A stretch of DNA of 32,000 nucleotides. Source: Candidatus Hadarchaeota archaeon. GTDB lineage: Archaea > Hadarchaeota > Hadarchaeia > Hadarchaeales > Hadarchaeaceae. This document shows, one piece after another, positions 25,007 to 32,000 of the stretch; the stretch's first letter is position 1, and the number at the start of each line of letters is the position of its first letter. The DNA lies in NCBI GenBank assembly GCA_964514965.1, contig CAZETV010000001.1, forward strand, positions 663,063 through 695,062. Reading direction: 5' to 3'. The notes below the pieces were generated by a model. That model saw nothing but the letters and a program-made list of their open reading frames with translations, was not told the origin of the DNA and did not search any database. Position numbers and translations under genes: made by a program.

Positions 25007-26506
25007 ATGAAGCACACGTTAGAAATCCCAACCGACGATATCATGCGATTCACGGACAAGTACTCACTGGGAAGGGACAAGGGAATGGGCTCCCGGCACT
25101 TCCTGAGAATAAAAGTGCTCGCGGGCACGCTGACCTCTGAACAGCTTCGTGAGATTGCGCAGATGGCGGACGACTACAGCAAGGGCTATGCTGAGATAAC
25201 TGACCGCCAAGACATTCAACTGCACTGGGTCCAAGGAAAGGACGCGCCGGAAGTCTTCACTCGGCTTGAAAAGCTCGGTTTCACCACAGACAAATGTGGC
25301 CAAGCTTTTCCTGGCGCACGTTATGGTGATGTGCGGAATGTCGTCGTTTGTCCGATTACTGGTGTAAACAAAAACGAACTCATTGATGTCTCACCTCTCG
25401 CCACGCAAATAAACGAGTTTTTCCTAGGTAACCGGAACTTCCTTGACATGCCAAAGAAATTCAAGATTTCTATCACGGGCTGCGAGCTTTGCTGCACTAA
25501 GCCAGAAATTCAAGATTTAGGTCTGTTCGCGGTAAAGCACGAAGGCAAGATCGGATTTGCGGCTCTCGTGGGCGGGTCGGTCGGCTCGACGCAGCCAGGA
25601 CCAAGGCTCGCGAAGCCGCTGGGCGTTTTCATCAAGCCCGACGAAGTTTTAGAAGTGGCAAAAACGCTGGCGGAGATTCACCGTGACTACAGCAACCGTG
25701 AAAGCAAGACCAAAGCGCGGTTCAAGTGGATTGTCGACAGCTGGGGCGTAGAACGAGTGAGGGAGAAACTAGAGGAGAAACTTGGGAAGAAGCTTGAGCG
25801 ATATGAGCTCAAACCAAAGATTAGTGGCGAGGAGCATATTGGTGTGCAAAGACAGAAAGACGACCACTATTTTATCAATATCCCACTAATCGGGGGAATC
25901 CTCTCGAGCGAGTTAATACGAAAGGTAGCTAATATTGCCAGCAAATTCGGGAGTAGTGAATTAAGACTCACTCCCTTCCAAAACTTAATTCTAATCAACA
26001 TTCACAAGAAGAAGGTCGACGAGGCTTTAAAGCAGCTTGAGGGAACGGGCCTGCCAGTGAAGGGCACACCACTTCGCTGGACGACCATTGGCTGCGCCGC
26101 AGATTTCTGCGGGAAGTCAATCGAGCCCTACCCGAAACAGATGGCGAAGGAAATAGTTGATTACTTGGAGAACCGCTTCGGTGTTACGCTAAACGATTTG
26201 AAGCTAAAGTTGCTCGTAACTGGCTGTCCTAACGACTGTGGCTTGCGTGCAATAGGGAACATTGGATTGCTCGGTGTGCAGGTAAAGAAGAACGAGAGTA
26301 AAGAATTTTATAACATTTACTTAGGCGGCACCTTGGGCGCAAACGCGTCGCTCTCTGAACTCGTGGAGAAAATGCTAAAGCCAGAGCAGGTAAAAACAAT
26401 GATTGAGAAGCTCGTCGTGGGGTGCCTGAAGGAAGGATTCAAAGACTTTGGGGAGTTCTGCCGCGCTCATAAGCTGGAAGAGCTGAAATTGATTGCGACC
26501 GAATAA
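25007..26506 (+). CDS. sir: siroheme/[4Fe-4S] sulfite (nitrite/sulfite) reductase, monomeric two-repeat type
   Basis: The C-terminal half carries GCAADFCGKS...TGCPNDCGLRA (cluster/siroheme Cys ligands). The N-terminal half carries a related ITGCELCC. The context is sat, aprAB and siroheme genes. Confidence 0.8.
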   Translation: MKHTLEIPTDDIMRFTDKYSLGRDKGMGSRHFLRIKVLAGTLTSEQLREIAQMADDYSKGYAEITDRQDIQLHWVQGKDAPEVFTRLEKLGFTTDKCGQAFPGARYGDVRNVVVCPITGVNKNELIDVSPLATQINEFFLGNRNFLDMPKKFKISITGCELCCTKPEIQDLGLFAVKHEGKIGFAALVGGSVGSTQPGPRLAKPLGVFIKPDEVLEVAKTLAEIHRDYSNRESKTKARFKWIVDSWGVERVREKLEEKLGKKLERYELKPKISGEEHIGVQRQKDDHYFINIPLIGGILSSELIRKVANIASKFGSSELRLTPFQNLILINIHKKKVDEALKQLEGTGLPVKGTPLRWTTIGCAADFCGKSIEPYPKQMAKEIVDYLENRFGVTLNDLKLKLLVTGCPNDCGLRAIGNIGLLGVQVKKNESKEFYNIYLGGTLGANASLSELVEKMLKPEQVKTMIEKLVVGCLKEGFKDFGEFCRAHKLEELKLIATE

Positions 26507-26515
26507 GGTGATGGA

Positions 26516-26776
26516 GTGGCTGAAAAAGTTGGTTTAAAACCTGCCGGGAAGGGGCACTACACGATGGACGCTCGAGGATATACTTGCCCCTACCCTGAGC
26601 TCTTCGCGCGGAGAGCCTTAGAAAAACTTGCGTCAGGTGATGTGTTTGAATTCATTATCGACAACATGCCCTCCTGCGAGACGGTTCCAGCCGCTGCCAA
26701 GGAGCTAGGACACAAGGTATTAGAAGTCATGAAAATCGATGACACCAGTTGGAAAATCATCATCAAAAAAAGTTGA
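26516..26776 (+). CDS. tusA: TusA/SirA-family sulfurtransferase
   Basis: MDARGYTCPYPELFARRALEKL contains the CPxP active-site motif. Confidence 0.8.
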   Translation: MAEKVGLKPAGKGHYTMDARGYTCPYPELFARRALEKLASGDVFEFIIDNMPSCETVPAAAKELGHKVLEVMKIDDTSWKIIIKKS

Positions 26777-26783
26777 GTTTTAG

Positions 26784-27143
26784 GGAAACTTCTGTGGCCA
26801 CCCGATCACCATGACCGCCGAACTGGCTACCATCGACACCTTCGAGAGAGCTAATGTTATCAAGCAAACAACTTAGCAAGGCAACGAAAATTCTTAAGCG
26901 CGAGCTCAAACTCTCCGTGAACCAATTGCATCAATGTTTCAGGTATTCCTCACCGAGAGAGAAGCCGGGTCGGCCGATGATGGCAAAAGCGTTCATGCCC
27001 TCCACCGCGCCTTGTTAAAGAGCGGAGTCTTCATCGCGCCCTCGCAGCTCGAGTGCTGGTTTACCTCTGCTGAACACGATAACAATGACCTCAAAATCAT
27101 CCTGCTAGCCATAACAAATGCGGCTGGAGAAATTTCAAAATGA
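26784..27143 (+). pseudogene. remnant of a second hemL 3' end (frameshifted, with stops)
   Basis: GNFCGHPITMTAELATI..., then KQLSKATKILKRELKLSVNQ, then MFQVFLTE...GVFIAPSQLECWFTSAEH in three different frames. These are colinear with residues GTFCGHPVAM...SQFECWFTSAAH of the intact hemL (24597-25001). Confidence 0.8.
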
Positions 27144-27247
27144 TAAAACGGTCCCCCAGCTCAGCCAGACCACGCGAAAAATAACCACCCAAAAATAGCT
27201 AGATAGATTCATGAAGTTAATTTTCCCATTTTTCCTGACGATTTAGA

Positions 27248-27268
27248 GGCGTTCTACGCCGTTTTTTT
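27248..27268 (+). terminator. GC hairpin (GGCGT-tct-ACGCC) followed by a T7 tract
   Basis: Read directly. It is the first strong oligo-T signal after the long plus-strand operon. It also abuts the 3' end of the convergent MFS pseudogene. Confidence 0.35.
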
Positions 27269-27269
27269 C

Positions 27270-28430
27270 CTATCGCATAAGCGCGGCCAACAGGGCGAAC
27301 ACGGCGACCGCGAATCCCGCACCCACGTAAAACGTCACGTCAAGCCCACCAGCGACGAAGACCAGCCCCATCAGCATGGGACCCAAGGTCTGCCCCAGCC
27401 GCAAGACCGTTCCGTTTATCGACATGAACGCCGCGCGGTGCCTCATGGGTGCCAATCCAGTCAAAGAGGTCTGGAGACTAGGTATGTTCAAGCCGTGGGC
27501 GACCCCAAATATCATTGTGGGCACTAACAAAACTGCTAGGTTGGGGCAAAGGGTATCATTACCAATGCCAGGATGTACAAAGCGAAGGCGGTCTTGAGAA
27601 GCGTCTTCCACGAGTATGTTTTCGCTAACCTCCACAGCTGCGATGCTGTCACCGCTGTGGAGAAGGACATGCTCGTCATTATCAAACCTATCACGAGCGC
27701 GGGAGCTCCAAACGAATTCCTAATCAAAAACGGGAAATATGTCAAGTAGGAGCCGTAGAGAATGATGAAAGTTATGGCGCCAGCTGTGAAGAGCGCGAAC
27801 GCCTGACGGTTCCTCATACTATGCCATACCCCCACCAGATACAACCTGAGCGGTTGGGTGTTCTTCGGCTCGGGATTTTTCAAAAAAAAGCAAGACAATG
27901 AATCCGATTGGGATGGCGACGAGAGAAAGGAGGAAAGGGTAGTACCACCCCAACATCGCGAGCGCCCCTCCAAGAGCCGGATAGCTCGCCGTCCCTACGC
28001 TCAGCACGCTTGCATTGTATCCCATGGCGGTCGCGCGCTCCCTTCCCGAGTAAAGGTCACCGATGAGTGTGATATTAAGTGAAGCGAGGGATGCGGCACC
28101 TATTCCTTGAAAGAAACTGAGGGCTAGCAGAATGTTGAAATCTCGTGCGAACGTACATGTGCCTCCAGCTATACCGAAGAGCATCAGCGATGGGATGAGA
28201 ACCGTCTTCCTTCCCCATCGGTCAGCTAGTATACCCAAAATCGGCGTGAGTAGTACTCCAGGGAAGGTAAAAATCGTGATGAGCAACCCTACATCCTGTG
28301 TCGGGATATTCAGTTCCTGTGCCACCATCGGGAAAGCAAGGGTAATGCTAGCGACACCCAGGACGGCCATCAGGGTGATGCTGAATATGATTAGGAGGTT
28401 CGTTTCCCGGTAAAGTTTTCTTTCGCTCAT
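27270..28430 (-). pseudogene. MFS transporter split into three frames
   Basis: ORFs 27819..28430, 27536..27973 and 27270..27635 together read as one 12-TM MFS protein (ILADRWGRK motif). One frame change is at the A8/T8 run (27882-27889) and the other is near the G4 run at about 27544. Confidence 0.8.
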
Positions 28431-28476
28431 AAACTCTCACTCGACCAAATGAAATTTCGATGCTACAAATTTAGGT

Positions 28477-28725
28477 CTATTGCAACACCGCTACGTAATC
28501 CCCGAGAGCTACCCGTTTTTCCACCACTTTCCTCACGATTGGGAACGTCACCAACACAATCGACAACCCAACGAGAAATCCAAAAACAACTCCTCAACCA
28601 TTTTTGTAAAAAGTCAGGGGGGAACCAACGTGTATGTACGTGGGTATTAATGACACTAAAAATGCCATCGACACAAACATGAGAAACGCTGTTAAAACTG
28701 TCGCGTGTTTTTTACAGATTTTCAT
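28477..28725 (-). pseudogene. small two-TM membrane protein ORF interrupted by an in-frame TGA
   Basis: MKICKKHATVLTAFLMFVSMAFLVSLIPTYIHVGSPLTFYKNG-TGA(28594-28596)-GVVFGFLVGLSIVLVTFPIVRKVVEKRVALGDYVAVLQ. A GGGGTGAGG SD lies upstream. It could instead be a genuine 43-aa protein. Confidence 0.35.
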
Positions 28726-28729
28726 GTCC

Positions 28730-29117
28730 TCACCCCTCTAAATTTTTCACAAGTTGCTTAACTTTCTCCCTAATCACATTTCTAACTTCTCGGAATTTTT
28801 CTATGGACTTGCCATCTGGATCCTCAATGCCCCAGTCTTCGGCCTCAACCATCGCGCTAGGGCAAATGTCACTAACCACACACACCATGGTTATAACTCG
28901 ACCAACATCGCCAAACATCTCAAAAGTCAACAGTTTTGGCTTCACTTGGCTGATATCGATTCCAACTTCTTTCATTACCTAAATCGCAAAAGGGTTTACA
29001 CTATGGGCAGGTCTTGTTCCAGCGCTGCTCGCCGTCGCTATCTTTGACATTTGATTGAAAAATGCTTCTGCCATTTGGCTGCGACAGGAGTTCTCCACAC
29101 ACGAATAGAACTTTCAA
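28730..29117 (-). pseudogene. arsC: LMW-PTP-type arsenate reductase ArsC with a frameshift and an in-frame TAG
   Basis: TTG 29117 gives KVLFVC, and then the frame is lost at a (GT)3 run. The next frame gives CVENSCRSQMAEAFFN (CX5R P-loop)...VNPFAI-TAG(28979-28981)-VMKEVGIDIS... Confidence 0.75.
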
Positions 29118-29126
29118 TACCCTCAC

Positions 29127-30143
29127 CTAGCTGGAAACTTTGTCGATGACCGCAACGAATCCCTTCAAAATCATCGAAAGAGTCTCTTCGAACTTCTTCC
29201 TATCGAGGGCGACCTTCTCCAATCCATCGGGAAATTTAATCGTCAGAATCAAATCAAGCCAGTTCTCGCGAGGAATCACAGTGCTCTCTCCTCCCAGCCC
29301 CGCAAGCAGTTCCTCCGCCATCTCGATCGATTTTTGAGCCTCCTGCTCCGATTTGAACTTCAGAGGGTAGTGGATGATCGCCGTAGCCATGAGCCCCACT
29401 TCATCCTTGTTGAGGTAGAACCGGAAGACCTTCCCCTCGAATTCACCATAGAAGTGATCAGTGCTCTTGTCAAATCCTAGCTCGACGAAAGCCTCTTTCA
29501 AATGCTTCGGAACCTTGTCCATTACGCACCCGCAGAGTGCCGCCGTTAATGTAGGCTCAACCAACAAATTGACGAGTTTAACGAACTGATCGAACGGAAT
29601 ACCAATTGCGAGTTCATTCTCATTATAGCCAGCGATGTCCCTCGCTCCCCCGCATAACAGTGTCAGGTTCGGTCTTTTCTCTACGTAGGGTAGGGCCGTC
29701 ACCTCTCCAGCTATAGCTGAGGCTTCACTCGTCATGCTTGCCTCAAGCCGCTTTCGGGTCGATCGGTGCAACACCTGCAAAATCTGCATCATTCGCGCTG
29801 GATCGGTTATCGTGATCACTACGTCTGGCTCTTGCTCGCTTTTCTCAAAAGGTGCCACTAAAACCGACTTCGTCCGAGCCGGTTTCACTCGAGGATAAAT
29901 ATCTACATACTTCGGCTCTGTGAACCCTAGAATCACTCGAGCGGTGAAGTTGTGAAGGTCGTTCTCGGTTATCAAGTAAGATTCGCCCTCATGCGCTGCT
30001 TTCCGGACGAACTCGCAGAATAGCGAGGGCGCCTTAGGCCGCGGGGCACTGATTTCCTCGTCTGAAATTTTTATCGCCACGGGACTAGTTGGGAGCTGAA
30101 AGAACTTCTTGAACTTTTTTGAAAGCTCCTCTAAACTTTTCAC
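29127..30143 (-). CDS. DUF169 (COG2043)-like protein with an extra ~125-aa C-terminal domain
   Basis: The N-terminal ~210 aa (PVAIKI...LFCEFVRKAAHEG...RVILGF...LLCGGARD) resemble the DUF169 family as I remember it. The GTG start directly abuts the SepCysS TAA and has a GAGGTGGA SD. Confidence 0.55.
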   Translation of the reverse strand: MKSLEELSKKFKKFFQLPTSPVAIKISDEEISAPRPKAPSLFCEFVRKAAHEGESYLITENDLHNFTARVILGFTEPKYVDIYPRVKPARTKSVLVAPFEKSEQEPDVVITITDPARMMQILQVLHRSTRKRLEASMTSEASAIAGEVTALPYVEKRPNLTLLCGGARDIAGYNENELAIGIPFDQFVKLVNLLVEPTLTAALCGCVMDKVPKHLKEAFVELGFDKSTDHFYGEFEGKVFRFYLNKDEVGLMATAIIHYPLKFKSEQEAQKSIEMAEELLAGLGGESTVIPRENWLDLILTIKFPDGLEKVALDRKKFEETLSMILKGFVAVIDKVSS

Positions 30144-31337
30144 TTATTCCACCTCAACACCGTAAGCTCGAGCGATTTCGTAAAATGCATCGACGACTTT
30201 CTGGAGCTGCTCCTTGGTCAACCCATAAGTGTTGAGCTTCATCATCTTGGTCATCCCCGCGTGAATACCCGCAATTTTCCTTTTCTTGAGTTCCTCATAC
30301 AGGAAGAAACCTCTCCGCGGGTGTTTCTTCGCGACTTTGTGGAAGGACGGAGTTTCAAAGGCTACCAATGTATGTTGTCGTGGGCGCTCCCCAAGTTGGT
30401 GGAAGTCTTTAATGCGTTCGAACTCCTTGACCAACCACCTAACCTTTTCCACCTCCTCATCCCAACGCTTGACCCGCTCGACCACATGTGGAAAACTCGC
30501 CATCAACGTCGCGATGGGGGCACCAAAGACCGGCGGGCACCCAAAAAGGTAGACATCTTTCTTGGTGAAAGCACGACCACTCCATGGCCCCTTAATCGTC
30601 GAAGTTCGGAATACCTTTCCCGAGAACTCATAGGTGGTGGCGAGCATTCCAATAGGACCACTCGATGACCACGACTTATGCCCACTACAAACCAAGAAAT
30701 CAACCCCCAGTTTCTTCCCATCGACAGGCATCACGCCCGCAGTATAAGCAGCGTTGAGAATGTAGGGCACTCCGTATTCCTTCGCTATCTCCCCTACCCC
30801 AGCGGCATCGACGAGGTTCCCGTAACGGTAGTCCACATGCGTGAGCAAAATTGCCGCTGGAAGCTCTCCTGTTTCCCGCTTGACCTCCTCAATCTTCGCC
30901 GCGTAATCATCGATTTTTATTTTGAATTCGGGATATCCTCCGTGAGGCACTTCAACTATTTTGAGGCCGTTAACTTCAGCTGCGATATAGGTGGTGTAAT
31001 GCGCAAGCGAGTCAATCACAATTGTATCGCCTGGCTCCGCGATTGACTTGAAGATTGCCTGCTTTGCGCCCCGAGCTCCAGGCGTGAATTGGACTTCATC
31101 CATATTCAAGAACTTTGCAACATCACTTGCAAAATCTAAAATAGGCGGCGTTTTTACTAGGTCTATACGGCTCTCAAGACAGAGGTCGCAGGTGCTGTAT
31201 CCATCGCCGAAGGAAAGCAAAGCCTTTCTGGACTCGGGCGGCAACACACCACCGCGTTGGATGGGATGGACGTTAATCCAACTCTCGTCAACCACCCGGC
31301 GAAGGTTTTTGTATTTATCGACATTTATTTTAACCAT
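30144..31337 (-). CDS. pscS: O-phosphoseryl-tRNA(Cys):Cys-tRNA synthase SepCysS
   Basis: It is colinear with Archaeoglobus SepCysS as I recall it: IQRGGVLPPESRKALLSFGDGYSTCDLC, SGHKSWSSSGPIG (PLP Lys), LMASFPHVVERVKRWDEEVEK and GFFLYEELKKRKI.GI. ATG 31337 with a GGTGAG SD is preferred over ATG 31358. Confidence 0.92.
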   Translation of the reverse strand: MVKINVDKYKNLRRVVDESWINVHPIQRGGVLPPESRKALLSFGDGYSTCDLCLESRIDLVKTPPILDFASDVAKFLNMDEVQFTPGARGAKQAIFKSIAEPGDTIVIDSLAHYTTYIAAEVNGLKIVEVPHGGYPEFKIKIDDYAAKIEEVKRETGELPAAILLTHVDYRYGNLVDAAGVGEIAKEYGVPYILNAAYTAGVMPVDGKKLGVDFLVCSGHKSWSSSGPIGMLATTYEFSGKVFRTSTIKGPWSGRAFTKKDVYLFGCPPVFGAPIATLMASFPHVVERVKRWDEEVEKVRWLVKEFERIKDFHQLGERPRQHTLVAFETPSFHKVAKKHPRRGFFLYEELKKRKIAGIHAGMTKMMKLNTYGLTKEQLQKVVDAFYEIARAYGVEVE

Positions 31338-31413
31338 TAACTCACCTTTGAAAAACATTCACAGGTTATAACCCTAAATAACCTTCTTTATAAATTGGGA
31401 GTAGTTGGTTAAT

Positions 31414-31970
31414 ATGGCCGAAGAACTCACCGATCGATTGCTTCGCCAGCCCCCGACGACCGTGGTAGATTTAGTGATGACCGCGAATGGGCTGAAAACT
31501 GGCTCAGAGATTTTGCGAAATCAACGAGATGAAGAGCTTGAGCGGATTATCAAGGAAATGGGATTAATCTATGAGTGGAAAGACGGGTTCTATCTTGTTG
31601 CTTGCTCGAAGGAAGATATAACCAAGCAGGTACCGACTCGGTCTCGCGCGGACAGTGGTTCGGCATCCCCGAGTGCTATATCCAGAACTATCAGGGAAAA
31701 GACAAGGAGGAGCTTCGAAAGCGGCTCACGCTCGAGGAACTCGAACTCCTCGAACGGAGCGAGGGCGTGCCTGATGAGTTCTACCTCTGATCGATGGGTT
31801 ACATCCCATGCAACATGAGGTGCAAACACACTTTAGATCGTGGGCAAAAAACGCGCGCTGCGCTTGACCAAATTGACTCACGCCTCTGGCAAAAGTTCAG
31901 AAATTTCCACATCCACCGAAGACTCGCAGAGTACGGCGGAGAAATCAGAGTGGCAGAAAGGCGAAAATAG
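31414..31970 (+). pseudogene. divergent hypothetical gene, apparently disrupted (one frameshift plus an in-frame TGA)
   Basis: MAEELTDRLL...FYLVACSKEDITKQ is in frame 1. DSVSRGQWFGIPECYIQNYQGKDKEELRKRL...EFYL-TGA(31788-31790)-SMGYIPCNMRCKHTLDRGQ... is in another frame. A TTTATAAA box lies ~25 nt upstream of ATG 31414. Confidence 0.4.
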
Positions 31971-32000
31971 AATCTGATATTTTAAATATTCATGCCTCCG

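Noticed and set aside
28449-28682. 77-aa plus-strand ORF
   Set aside because: It is antisense to the SD-preceded small membrane ORF of the minus-strand operon. It has no start context and no motif.
14368-31790. Genetic-code recoding (pyrrolysine at TAG 14368 and 28979; Sec or Trp at TGA 28594 and 31788)
   Set aside because: TAG and TGA each terminate many well-supported genes in this same window. TAG ends sat, sirC, hemB, the NIL-ferredoxin gene, the COG2122 gene and the padR gene. TGA ends nifS, both copA-2 and aprAB, and hemL. The affected genes often carry frameshifts as well. No pyl or sel genes are present here.
1-32000. CRISPR arrays, IS elements, integrases, toxin-antitoxin or defence systems
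   Set aside because: There are no regularly spaced direct repeats, no inverted terminal repeats flanking ORFs, and no ORF with transposase, integrase or nuclease motifs. The only sizeable repeat is the hemL 3' duplication.

Overview
This window looks like an archaeal chromosomal segment. The evidence is TATA-type promoters about 25-30 nt upstream of start codons with no SD, GGTGA-type SDs inside operons, SepCysS, COG1900 homocysteine genes and a free ThrRS-editing-domain protein. Almost all of it concerns sulfur trafficking.

Gene content, left to right:
- nifS-iscU, followed by a Cys-rich unknown protein and an HTH regulator.
- tRNA-Cys(GCA), immediately followed by a stand-alone ThrRS-type editing domain.
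- A low-GC block carrying a CopA-like ATPase (with DKTHT in place of DKTGT) and a THUMP-less ThiI-like protein.
- thi4.
- The COG1900+CBS / NIL-ferredoxin / COG2122 homocysteine trio, then a MoaD/ThiS-like carrier whose Gly-Gly is masked by three extra residues, then a glutaredoxin remnant.
- A ferritin-like diiron protein.
- A PadR-TRASH regulator divergent from a canonical two-HMA CopA, followed by two YHS genes, one of them with an in-frame TAG.
- A 12-gene co-directional operon (14974-26776): DUF81 permease, AprA/AprB-like, Sat, SirC, HemB, HemC, HemA, CobA-HemD, HemL, siroheme sulfite reductase, TusA.
- A decayed stretch (26784-29117): hemL 3' remnant, MFS transporter with two frameshifts, small membrane ORF with TGA, and arsC with a frameshift plus TAG.
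- A DUF169-family protein translationally abutting SepCysS.

Most interesting non-annotated signals:
- A leaderless 16-codon ORF, MVMMMRDLVCPCCVCC, directly in front of the sulfate-reduction operon.
- A recurring TATAAC-N3-GTTATA palindrome on the promoters of several sulfur genes.
- A hemL 3' duplication bracketing the sir-tusA module.
- A tRNA-Cys with a non-canonical D-loop/T-loop.
- The SepCysS-DUF169 coupling.

No CRISPR array, transposase or integrase was seen. All assignments come from reading motifs by eye. No database search was run.
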